64,000 nt of DNA from Octopus bimaculoides (lineage: Eukaryota): NCBI RefSeq assembly GCF_001194135.2, contig NC_068999.1, positions 25,395,636 to 25,459,635 on the forward strand, in the 5' to 3' direction. Numbering within the stretch: the first letter of the stretch is position 1; every line of letters starts with the position of its first letter. The notes below the pieces were generated by a model, which made no database searches, was not told the origin of the DNA, and saw only the letters and a list, made by a program, of their open reading frames with translations. Position numbers and translations under genes: made by a program. This document shows positions 27,253-38,969 of the stretch, piece by piece.

Positions 27253-27361
27253 TACTCTCTTTTACTCTTTTACTTGTTTCAGTCATTTGACTGTGGCCAT
27301 GCTGGAGCACCGCCTTTAGTCGAGCGAATCGACCCCAGGACTTATTCTTTGGAAGCCTAGT
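27253..27361 (-). mobile_element. SINE family A tail, cut by an assembly gap
   Basis: CTCTTTTACTCTTTTACTTGTTTCAGTCATTTGACTGTGGCCATGCTGGAGCACCGCC. Confidence 0.88.
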
Positions 27362-27893
27362 NNNNNNNNNNNNNNNNNNNNNNNNNNNNNNNNNNNNNNN
27401 NNNNNNNNNNNNNNNNNNNNNNNNNNNNNNNNNNNNNNNNNNNNNNNNNNNNNNNNNNNNNNNNNNNNNNNNNNNNNNNNNNNNNNNNNNNNNNNNNNNN
27501 NNNNNNNNNNNNNNNNNNNNNNNNNNNNNNNNNNNNNNNNNNNNNNNNNNNNNNNNNNNNNNNNNNNNNNNNNNNNNNNNNNNNNNNNNNNNNNNNNNNN
27601 NNNNNNNNNNNNNNNNNNNNNNNNNNNNNNNNNNNNNNNNNNNNNNNNNNNNNNNNNNNNNNNNNNNNNNNNNNNNNNNNNNNNNNNNNNNNNNNNNNNN
27701 NNNNNNNNNNNNNNNNNNNNNNNNNNNNNNNNNNNNNNNNNNNNNNNNNNNNNNNNNNNNNNNNNNNNNNNNNTTATATATATATACATACATGCATATA
27801 CATACATGCATATATATATATATATATACATGCATATAAATGCTTATATATATATACATACATGCATATACATACATGCATATATATATATAT

Positions 27894-27931
<38 letters not shown>

Positions 27932-28039
27932 GGATAGATAGATAGATATACACACAGACATATATACGCATACATATATATATATATACATACATATATA
28001 TAGATGTATATATCTTAATCCACTTATAATCCTCTTGAT

Positions 28040-28790
28040 TGCTGTCAGTTGTATCCTATGTCAAAGATACCAAACTTCTACACTTGTTTATCATTTTTAA
28101 CTTTAGTAGCTGATGCTAAATTGCTCCACATTCTCTGATGATTTCTCTCAACACCTAAGTGGCAGTAAGATGGGCACTAAGATGAGTCCCAATGATGCCA
28201 ACTTATCTTTAACAACATTGAAGCTCAAATTTCCACTCCAAATTTTATGGCTAATTCATTGATAATATCAATGCCATCTCACCCACCAGACATCAATTCA
28301 CAGTTTTCATATTCTGTATCAACAACTTCCAACAACCCTCTCTTATACCTTCAGCAACATCCTAGACCATCCTTGTCCCGCTTCTGTAAACACGTCAACT
28401 ACAAACAAAATCTCAGCTTGACTTTTCTTGCTTGTATACCACTCACACCAAATCTACAATTCTATTCTCCAAATATCTACTGCTTCTACAGCCATAAGGC
28501 TCACTTTGATTTAAAGCTGAAACAAACACACCATTTTTTCTTGTTACTCAGTTATTTTCATCACGTTGTTAACTCTGCCTGTCATGAAACACACGCTACT
28601 ACCTGAGCTCTCAGACTCATGCTCACTCCCGTCCTTCTACAGTTCAGCTTTCCTTCCCCTTCACCTTCCACCTTGTTACTCAATCACTTCAACATACATG
28701 CCTTTACACCTCCCAATTTCTGTTATCCAAACTCTGCAATCATTCTTATGTTTTCTGACCTTCTACTTTTACTTTTCAAAAGCAATAACG
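28040..28790 (+). mobile_element. Highly degenerate Penelope-like RT
   Basis: GSKMGTKMSPNDANL (PLE GxxMG..P.YANL), YG*FIDNI (YIDD motif) and QFSYSVSTTS. Confidence 0.6.
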
Positions 28791-29277
28791 ATAAAAGGAG
28801 CAAGAAATAACAGCTATAGATTTATGGATTATGAAATATTCAACACCATGCATAAATTTAGACTTCTTATTTGTGATCACAATCCTTTAAAATCGATTAG
28901 TATAAAAATAATTCATAATGGTTTGCCATATTTTGTAACAGAAATAAATTAGAAATAAAAACTGAAGTGCATATTTTAGAGTCATAAGAAGTTCGACCAT
29001 TGAACAACTTTAGTCAAATTAACATTTCAGCTGATTGGCTTAGGTTTTTTACATAGTCTAGGATATCCTATTATATTTATTAGTGGAATAACTTCTTTGC
29101 TGAATGAGGTAATTTACATTCAAAACTTTGAATAATACAGTCATTTCTGAAAGAATTTGAAGACATGGTCTTAAACTATTTTATTTAAAAGCATGAAATG
29201 ATCTTAAACTAAAAAGAAGAGAATGAGACTGAAAGAATTTGGCACAACTGAGGAATAATTAATGAACATTTACTCAC

Positions 29278-29322
29278 CGGAATTCCAGGAAGCCCTCGCA
29301 TGCCTGGCAAACCCTGGTCTCC
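29278..29322 (-). CDS. col4a1: Type IV collagen exon, 5 Gly-X-Y triplets
   Basis: 45 nt, phase 0/0. Acceptor TTTCTTTCTTTACAG, donor GTGAGT. Translates GDQGLPGMRGLPGIP. Confidence 0.9.
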
Positions 29323-29979
29323 CTGTAAAGAAAGAAACATAATTATTGTATAATTGCAAATATTGGTTTTAAATTGATGATATTGTTCTCTATGAGATAT
29401 ATCTAGTATTCTTTTTACTTTTAAACCATACTATGTACAATATAAAACAATTCATTTGACTTTCTTTATCATCAAAACATGATCCTTGTTATTTATTTAC
29501 TTCATTGATTTTGTCAATTTGACACAATAAACATACCCCAAAGAGACAAGTCAGTGAAGAAAATACACTATATTGTTATCTTCTTTGCTGTAGATACACT
29601 TATTTAAAAAATATATGAGTTAATCACATGTGGAATATCTGTGATCATATATTCACTTGACTGGGGCTATGATAAATATTGTTTGAAGGATTCTGTGGTT
29701 ATACAATGAAATACCTTTTCTTATAGAAAGCACTGTTAGACTACTATTTTTATGTTGTCTCTGTTGAATAAATTATGAAGTTTGTTATCTTTATGGAAGT
29801 GCCTGTTGTTTAAGGAAAGGAATTGTTTTATATTTCTGGTAACTGGATTACAATGCAGGTAACAGGGAATTACATTTCTGACTTAACTTGATGATGAATT
29901 CTGTCTGACTTTAGAATTTAGATTGTTCTTTTGCCAAATTTAGCCTTTTGTTTTTCTGTATTTAAAGCTTTTATTATGT

Positions 29980-30600
29980 GATTGCTTTATTGTGTGACTG
30001 GTATTGTTTCCTATTTGTTCTACTTCCACAAATAGACTTGCAATATACAACCAAAGAAAAGATCGCTGTAATTGTTGAAACACTGAATCCTTTCCTTTGA
30101 ATAATGATTCAAAAGCATGACTGAAAAAGTATCTCTCTGATGAATCACAGGCATTTCCTTCACCTGCAAATTACTTCCACAGTGCCTTTAGCACTCCTAA
30201 CTTTGACTCAAAAAATAACTTTTAAGACTTCTCAGCACTTAAGCATCCTGTCAATAAATGGCAAAAGTGAGAATCATCTTGTCACAATATGGCATAAGAT
30301 TATAATTACCAACATCCGTAAATTCACAAAATTCTTTTAACTGTACAGTTATTTCAGCTGACTTTGCTGAAATGTACATTTTATGCACAACATTTTCAAC
30401 ATAAAACACCAGTATTCCTGCAGTAAATCCTGTTCTAATGTACAAAATCTAAGCTAGACAAATTAGAGGAATAATGTTCATTTGGCTGATTTTCAAATTT
30501 TGATAAACCCTGTGTTTTCTATACATTACACTTGTATTGTCAGCAGTGTAGACAGACACTTTATTGAAATCAAAGTGGGAAGAAATCCAAAGACAAAATG
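29980..30600 (-). mobile_element. Degenerate hAT-superfamily transposase
   Basis: Across frameshifts: VSVYTADNTSVMY, ICLA*IL, LKEFCEFTDV and TR*FSLLPFIDRMLKC*EVLK (TRW.SL motif). Confidence 0.7.
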
Positions 30601-31898
30601 TTTTTTTATGCTTTGCATTTCATTCCCTACCACCATCCTGCTTTCCAATGACAGTGCCATTTCTGCTCTTTTCAGGGCTTCAGGATTTCCCCATGGCCCT
30701 GGCTGGGTGGTTAACATGTGTTATGCCTTGCCAAAAGGCAACCTGTGATTTTGCCTAGGATTGTTTATTGAGTATTCGCAGCTAACCTATATATCTACAG
30801 GTCATTCCCCTTCATGGCTTAGTAGAATTACAATAAGCCAAAACATTAAAAACAATCCATTTCCACCTTGAAAGTGTTAATATGTATAGTGTTTCTTCAG
30901 AGGAAAAAAATAACGGATTTTAAATTCTAACAATGAGTTGTTCACAAGATAAAAAATTAAATGCTTCAACTGATTGTGCCATGTGGTTTTGTGCTATGTA
31001 TTTCAGTGTCAACTTTTCTCCATAACCAACACTTCTGAATGAGTCTTAATGTTTCATGGCATGGTATATTTTACACAGTTCTACAGCTGTGATTTTGTAA
31101 TATGGAGTTGAACAAGTAGGTGAGAAAAATGATGGCAATGGGGACACACCAATAATTCAAGTGTTTAAGATAATCTCTGGCAATGTAACATTCAACTAGT
31201 TTTTCCCCTCCCTGCTGATCTCCTCATCCCAATACAACATAGTGCACAAACACGTGGATATCTTTTCCTGCTTTGGGCAATAAATTCAAATTCTTTATCT
31301 CATTTATGGCTAAGCATAATCTTATCTTTTAGCATTCCTTTGGGGGCTTGGAACAAGAACAAAAACTCAACCAGCCTTGGGTATACTTGCTTCACATATG
31401 TGACTTGTATATTGAAAGTAGGCAGTGAATTGTCGTTTTGTTTTTTTAATTTTTTAATTTTAAATACATTACATAATATGCCCTCACTTTTTAATTATAT
31501 TTTTTTAACTATATATCTTCTTTTACTGTTATTATTATAAAGCCAGATGTCTTACCACCCTATATGTCTACTACTGTTGCATGATTTGTCTTGGGCAGAG
31601 CCACACCATTCAATAATACCTCAAAACAGGGCTGTTTATGTTTGACTGACACAGATCACATAGTAAACAACCCTACACCAATAATAAACAGAGCTAATGT
31701 TGACTTGCAGATAGATTATGAAATTTTATACTACATCTTTTTGGGGGTAACAGTCAGAGCACTAATAACATAATACATCATGAGACATGACACCACCTTG
31801 TCTTTTCTTCAAAAACTATGACAGAATCTACTGAAGATTGTTGTGCCAAAATTCCTGAATGCTAGCATGGAATTTCAGTATGGAAGTAGCTACAGGTA

Positions 31899-31939
<41 letters not shown>

Positions 31940-33279
31940 CACACATATATATATAAAACAAGAATCTGAAAAATCTTTTGGTACTATTTATTCACTATTT
32001 ACACATACACATGTTTCATTTGCTAATAGAAATCACAAAGTTGTACATGTTGGATAAACGTGTAAGAAATTTCCAATTAGAAATTCTTCAGATAGAGAAT
32101 CAAACAGTATTATTTATATTATTTGATTCTCTGCCTGAAGAATTTATTGCTTTTTTTTACATTCCAACAATATTATACTAATAAATGTTGAGTTAATGAT
32201 TTGGCTTTTACTCTAACAATTGATTACTGAATTACACCAGAATGGACAGAACTTTGTGAGTAACCTGCATACCTGTGTGTGTGAGTGTAAATGCACAAAT
32301 ATAAGGATTTATAGTCATATCTGTTCAGTCTCAAATCTGAAATTAAGCCCCATTATGTACATGATCCATACTTAATTCTGATGACTTGGTTGAATTAAAA
32401 TAAAACAAAATATTAAAACAACCTCCTGCCTGTTTGAAATTACCAATATTTATAGTGTGTCTTCAGTGAAAGAAGCAATGCATTTTGTATTCTAATAATG
32501 TTGGCCACATTAAAAAAATATTTCAACTGTTTTTGCCATATCTCAACCAAGCATTTGTGTAACTACTTATAATAAACTACAGATGCTATTAATGAGGCAC
32601 AAGAGCAGAATGTCTTTTTTTTTTTATTAAAGGGACAAAAATTCATATTGTTACAAGCTTAAATATTGTTATAAAGAAATCAGTTGTCCTCCATAATCAA
32701 GAAGATTAGAGAAAAAAGATAATGAAAGGAAGAAAAAACTGAAAGGTATTTATCACAAAGCTCTTAAATGTGTAGTCAGTTATGAAAAAAATTCTGAAAT
32801 TCCTATTTCTTTTGTTATATGTAACATAAGCAGATTGGAAAAAAAAAGATAAAATATAAGAATAAGAAAGAATCTAGGGTGGTTAAGCAATCATCTTTAA
32901 GCATTACAAAGTATCTGACCCATCAAATAGTTATGGACCATTAATTTTTTCGCTTTCTCTTATTAAATCAAATTGGATGGAACCCTTTCATAACCCAGTA
33001 AATTAAGAAGTAACAATGTTATGATTTCTTGCATATAAGCACACAACTTCAGATCTGTAGATATTGTAATATTGTGATATTGAGGTATTTCTAAAAAGCA
33101 TTAGCAACTGGAAAACAGAGCAATGTCATGGATTCAAATTACTTCAGTATTTATAGATAAAGAAATAAAAAAGAATTAATTAATTTGAAGAAAAAGTAAT
33201 GTAGATTTCAATATGTTGAATTACACCTTCTACTCTGTCTAAATAGTTCTAAGAATTACCTACAAAAAGACAATCACTA

Positions 33280-33470
33280 TTAAGTAGGGATAAGCTTTCT
33301 GCAAATTCTGATGTACTACAAGGTTCAACTATTTCTACATTCTTCTTCCTTTGCACTAATACTCTGCTTGCTGTCCTTTTATGAAACCCAAATAAGACTC
33401 CTAGATGAGGACAGTATACTGCTGTACATGCTAACATCTACATCCACAAGATCATCCAAATAACAGGTAA
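33280..33470 (+). mobile_element. Very old CR1/L2-type RT remnant
   Basis: NSDVLQGSTISTFFFL (PQGS-like) followed by DEDSIL (ADDS-like). Confidence 0.4.
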
Positions 33471-35239
33471 AGACATGCTGTCTTTTAACTCTGCTTATTC
33501 TGTCATTACTACAATGGTTTAATGTTGTTATTACTGTTTCTCGACACAAGCTAGTTATAAGCTACCTCTACTCAAACCCACCAAACATATTTGGCTCTCC
33601 TCCACATATCACTCCTTCTATGTCTCTCCTATCCCCTAGGTCCTATACTAATCAATTCTTTGGAATTCCTTCTTTCTTTGCTCATGTATTTTCTGCACAT
33701 GTTCAGACTGAACTACATTAGTCTTATAGGGCCTGTGACTGTCTTTCTTCCTGACTACACCAAAAGAAAATCTTAGCATAAATAGTAGCATTTAATGCAA
33801 TCATTTCCTTTATTAGTAGTACTATCATGTTGCTAAAGACTAGGTGAGGAATTAAATTGTGCCATATCCCAAGAAAAGTTTTCTTTAACCATTTCCTTTA
33901 ATGCAATTAAATTTAATAAATTAAGATGATAATTATTTTGAACATTAATAAGAAGATAATGCCGGTTTGAATGCCTCAGCCAGCCATCTGACACTTGTTA
34001 TTCAAGCAATTTTTCTTATAAATCTTTTCTTTGATCAGGGTTTAGATTTCAACTTCATCAGTGACATGGAATAAAACAAAAAATTTAAACTATGAACTTC
34101 TTAAGAAAGCTTTCCTGAATTGAAAGGTAACTCAGAATAACTAACTATAGTCTAGAAGAAATTCATCCAGTTGTCTATTTTATGAAAAAGAGTGCATTAA
34201 ACGTTTCATAACACCTTTATGCTTGAGAGGATATGTAGTTCATCTTTGATGGACAATTTGTTGTATGTGACTCAGTGATCCATTAAATTATAATTTAGAC
34301 CACTAATATAAGCCAACAAATGCATAAATGCACACACATTTTATGCATGTATGAGTATATTTTCATATATTTGTACGCATAGCTTGTGAAGTCAGTGTTG
34401 CCAGATCAATTTAATAAAAAGTTAATGTACAAGTTTAACCCCAAATTGTAGTTTTGCTAGTAAATTAAAGATTACTTGTAGGTTGTTTCTAAGTTACTTA
34501 GTTTGTGCTTGTGTGTTCTTTTCTTTTGATTATTTGAATTCTTCCTCTGAGGAAGGAGCTGGTTTCTAATAAAGTTCCATCATTACAATGTAGATAGCAA
34601 AAACAATGTCACATTTTAAACTTGAGAAAAGTCTTGCATATTTTTACTGTTCCACTTTCAGGTTGTATTTGTAATGTACAAGTTAGTTTCTGAAAACTAG
34701 CTTATCCAGATCATCATAAACCAAGTGCACCAATTATTATTTATAGTCTGTATATAGAAGCTGGAGATTTTGAAGCAGTTGTCCGTAATTATCCTCTTTC
34801 TCTTTGATTTCAGAGATATTTACATCAGCAGGGCAGCTAACCTCTATAACAGTGCATACTGTTCTTTGTTTGTCTCAAACAACGATATCCAACCTGTTAT
34901 GATTACACTTGAAATATGTTTTGATGACAATGTTCCACCAGTATTCCCTATGTTGATGTTGGTGTATGTATTCAATAACAGAGGAACTCTCTATATTTAT
35001 TCCAGTGCAGTCTTTTATCCAAACGGTATTGTATATTGTTTTTGCAACATCATTTCATATCGGAAGTACCTTGATGAAATTTTGGGGCAGCTGCTAATCA
35101 CATGTGCGATGTCTTCTGGAGAAAAATGACATAATCTACATTTTTGGTTGCATCTTGGAGCAGTTCTATATTTAAGAGATGAGGAATTATGTACATTATT
35201 TACATTTGACAGATATTTGTCCTCATCTTGTTTGTTGTT

Positions 35240-35282
35240 AACACATCTCGGCTGATATACCCTCCAGCCTTCATCAGGTATC
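35240..35282 (-). ncRNA. Degenerate minimal hammerhead-like motif (inverted arm)
   Basis: Minus strand GATAC-CTGATGA-AGGCTG-GAGGGTATAT-CAGCC-GAGA-T-GTGTT. GAAA reads GAGA and stem III is missing. Confidence 0.5.
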
Positions 35283-35334
35283 TTGGGGAAATTTCGAACC
35301 TAGGTTCTCATTCTTAAGGTATTTTTCGATGTTG

Positions 35335-35376
<42 letters not shown>

Positions 35377-35672
35377 TCACTGAATAATAATAGACAAAGA
35401 ACACCACTGGAAAATACGAAAACTAAAAGAAGCAGCACATATGCTAGGATACAACAACCTCCTAAGCAGACTGAGTAGCATATAGGAACCAGTATTATGA
35501 AAGGATAGGAAAATATTAGATTTATAAGCCCTAAAATTCACTCCATAATTGCCCACGGGCATATGGTGTTGTGGTCAAGAGCGTGGGCTATGACCTGAAT
35601 AATAATAATAATGATAATAATAACATCGAAAAATACCTTAGGAATGAGAGCCCAGGTTCAAAATTTCCCTGA

Positions 35673-35720
35673 GACGCCTGATGAAGGCTGGAGGGTATAT
35701 CAGCCAAAACGTATTAACAG
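35673..35720 (+). ncRNA. Degenerate minimal hammerhead-like motif (direct arm)
   Basis: GACGC-CTGATGA-AGGCTG-GAGGGTATAT-CAGCC-AAAACGTA. G12 reads A; the ACGT palindrome is retained. Confidence 0.5.
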
Positions 35721-36858
35721 CAAACAAGATGAGGACAAATATCCGTCAAATGTAAATAATGTGCATCTTCAAGCTCCAAGGGTTTCACTATCTCTTTTGT
35801 TTATTAAATATTTCATAGCAATCTCTTGTTCATGGATTTCAAATGCATAGCCATTGAAGTGTGATGTGATGTAGCAGTCACAAGTCCAAGTAAGGTTGTG
35901 CTTCATGTCTTCTTCATGTCTTCAGGAAAAATACCCATGCATAGTCTATTTTTGTATGCTGAGGATCCCCCCCAGGTCTTCTTTGAGGTATGTTAGTCTG
36001 GCTGTTTTAGGGTTGTATGGGAGGTCATCAGGAAGAGAAAGCTTCCTGAGGAGCTTGCTGCCAACATACTGGATATTGTTCTCTTCACTTTTCAGCACCA
36101 AATCAATATATTTATTTTTGCTGTAATGAATTGACACATATATATCTTTGTTACTCATTTATATTTTACTTACCTACCCTGGAATCTGCACTTCAGAAGT
36201 ATTATGGAAAGTATGTTTATATAAAGTACATGTCTGAACAAACAAGAACGGATTTATTCACTTAGATCATGCTATCTGCATACACTGCAAGAATATCAGC
36301 GGGGGAAAAATATTCTGCATAGAGTTTGATACTCACCGGATATTGCCTGTGTGTGCAAATTAGTTCATCCTAACAAGGTGCCTAAATTTAAGTACCTAAT
36401 TCAACTGAGTCTAAATCACATTATACATATATAGCTAGTTAGCTATTGAATATATGCACCTTGAAGTGCAACATGCAACCAAAGAATGGGCTCAGTAAAG
36501 TGCTCTACACTTCACTCATATATTCAGTGCTGTATGACATGAGGCATCAAACCTTAGGATTGGCCAGTGTACTAAATATGAACCAAGTTTTAGAATAAAT
36601 AACATACAGGAAACAAAGGTTTATAGAACATACAGTCCCCTTCTACATTGTCTGACTGGCAACGTTGTTGATAACTTACATAAGAAAAATATATATTGAA
36701 CTTGTAACACCAGTTATTGCATTTATTGCAGGACACTGAAGTGAACTGTATAATTAAATAATATTTCTACAACTGTTATGTAATTTTGACAGTAATTTGC
36801 CAAAATGTATGAATATGCTTTAAAGCATTGAATGCCAAAACTACTTTCAGTATTTTAT

Positions 36859-36890
<32 letters not shown>

Positions 36891-36912
36891 TTGTATGTGT
36901 GTATTACTAATG

Positions 36913-36979
<67 letters not shown>

Positions 36980-37089
36980 CATGTACAAAATTACGAAATG
37001 ATCTACAGCCCATATTTCTCAATCAATAGCATGTCTTGTTGACAATTAAAATAAACAAAATTAATAGAAAAATATATTCTGTAACTTAC

Positions 37090-37224
37090 TCTATATCCCT
37101 TTGGACCTGTTGCTCCTTTGTCACCTTCATTACCTAGAACTCCTTGAGTTCCAACAGGGCCATCATTGCCAGGGAATCCCGGGAGACCAGGTGGTCCTTG
37201 CAAACCTCGCAAGCCGACATTACC
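37090..37224 (-). CDS. col4a1: Type IV collagen exon, 15 Gly-X-Y triplets (7S region)
   Basis: 135 nt, phase 0/0. Acceptor TGAATTTCTTTTTAG, donor GTAAGT. GNVGLRGLQGPPGLPGFPGNDGPVGTQGVLGNEGDKGATGPKGYR continues the Gly-X-Y register from ...GER. Confidence 0.92.
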
Positions 37225-37619
37225 CTAAAAAGAAATTCAAAATGAAAGGATTATAAAAGTGTTGTACACAGTAAACATTAAGATGATGGATGTATTTGTT
37301 GACTTGATGTCATAGCTGTTCAGAAAAGACATTTCAAAAAATTTTATTTATAAGGAAATTGTCTGTATGAAGATTTAAAAAGATTCCTATGTACTGTCAA
37401 TATATTTTAATCTACAATTTCTGGTAGCAAAATTTTATATATACAGTGCAATAATCTAAGTAATATCAGGGTGGAATAACAACTTATTATTTTTCATCTA
37501 TATTTTTCATCTACTTATCTACTATCTGTGAAAATATCTGTCTAAATGACATCCTCTCAAATCATCAGTCATATTTCATTAAGCTTATTTATTTTTTCAA
37601 GCTTAATTATTTGTATCAT

Positions 37620-38034
37620 TTATCTTTTATTTGTTTCAGTCATTTGACTGTGGCCATTCTGGGGCACCGCCTTGAAGGATTTTAGTTGAACAAACTAACT
37701 TATTTTTTTTAAAGCCTAGTACTTATTCTACTCTTTTGCTGAACCACTAAGTTACAGAAACATAAACAAACTAATACCAGTTGTCAAGCAGTGGTGGGGA
37801 CACAAAGACACGTGCACACACAAACACACACATACACACGTACAAACGTGCGCGCACACACACACACACACACACACGACGGGCTTCTTTCACTTTTTTT
37901 CTACCAAATCCACTCACAAGGTTTTGGTCAGCCCTAGGCTATAGCAGAAGGCACTTGCCCAAGGTGTTATACAATGGGACTGAACCTAGCAATATGTGGT
38001 TGGAAAGCAAGCTTCTAACCACACAGCTATGCCT
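37620..38034 (-). mobile_element. Near full-length SINE family A
   Basis: Same architecture as 20265-20685, with an internal (CA)n tract. Confidence 0.85.
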
Positions 38035-38259
38035 GCACCTTATATCTAAATTATAAATATCTGGAGATGACAGATGAAACAAATAAAAGATAAATGATTC
38101 AAATAATTAAGCTTGAAAAAATAAATAAGCTTAATGAAATATGACTGATGATTTAAGAGGATGTCATTTAGACAGATGCTAAGTGATCTGCATTCTGGCC
38201 AGAACTGCTCAATTACACTTCAAGGTTACAATGAAACAAACTAGCAGCACTAATTTTTA

Positions 38260-38575
38260 TAGAAAAGTAGGCAGCAGGGACCTCTTTCTACACTAAAAAT
38301 GAGGCCTACCCACCAGAACCAAGCCCACAAGAAGGAAATGAAATTTTCTGGATAAGTAACAAATGCGGTGAGGCAGTAGATAGATCCATCAATACCAAGC
38401 AATTTCAACTGGTTCTTCCGAACAAAAACTATCCACCATATTTTGACAAAATAATCTGCAATAAAAGTGCTTCCTATATGAGGAGCACTATTCAAAAACA
38501 GCTTAACCACATTAAGGAACAGATCCACACAAACACATCAGTTAAGAGACATTTGAAGAAATTCCACACCTAAAG
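38260..38575 (+). mobile_element. Possible PLE RT-thumb remnant
   Basis: Open frame containing QLVLPNKNYPPYFDKII, resembling PLE L..N.YP...D..I. Weak. Confidence 0.35.
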
Positions 38576-38969
38576 AATCACAATTGCTATTTAGGCTGTC
38601 CACATTAGTAAACTGAATCCAACCATTAATATGAGATGCAAGTGCATGAAGTAAAATGGTCTATTATAACAATGCCAGACTGTGCATGTCGTAACCCTCT
38701 CTCACAAAACAGTAACATATACACACACTCACACACACAGAACCACAGAATGTTTAGATGTGTGTGTGTGCATACTATTTAGTTTTCTCTCCTCAAATTT
38801 TGAGTTAAGAATCTAGTACTGGTATGCACTATACCAGTAATATATACATAGACATTCAGAATTTGATGAAGCAATATCCATGTAAGGGATTGTTAAAAAC
38901 AATCCTGATGCCAACTGGGTTTAACCAGATATATTGATAAGAAGATCATCAATATATGTGTGTATGAAC

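Larger units (their letters stand above)
35162..35761 (+). mobile_element. Penelope-like insertion: endonuclease C-terminus plus terminal repeat, with an inverted copy of the terminal repeat at its 5' side
   Basis: 13-bp imperfect TSD (TGCATCTTGGAGC 35149-35161, TGCATCTTCAAGC 35762-35774). Inverted arms about 35189-35379 and 35591-35761. Spacer encodes IIDKEHHWKIRKLKEAAH. Confidence 0.8.
34700..36170 (-). mobile_element. R2-group (RLE; NeSL/R4-like) LINE 3' fragment, interrupted at 35162-35761
   Basis: In order on the minus strand: KSEENNIQYVG, TMHGYF, SHFNGYAFEIHEQEIAMKYL, [insertion], KCRLCHFSPEDIAHVISSC (CCHC), HNRLDIVV*DK, VIEVSCPADVN and KEKEDNY (PD-(D/E)xK-type RLE). Confidence 0.85.

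Noticed and set aside
30526-30748. PGPWGNP in a minus-strand ORF, considered as a collagen exon
   Set aside because: There is no sustained Gly-X-Y register or splice pair, and it lies at the edge of the hAT relic.
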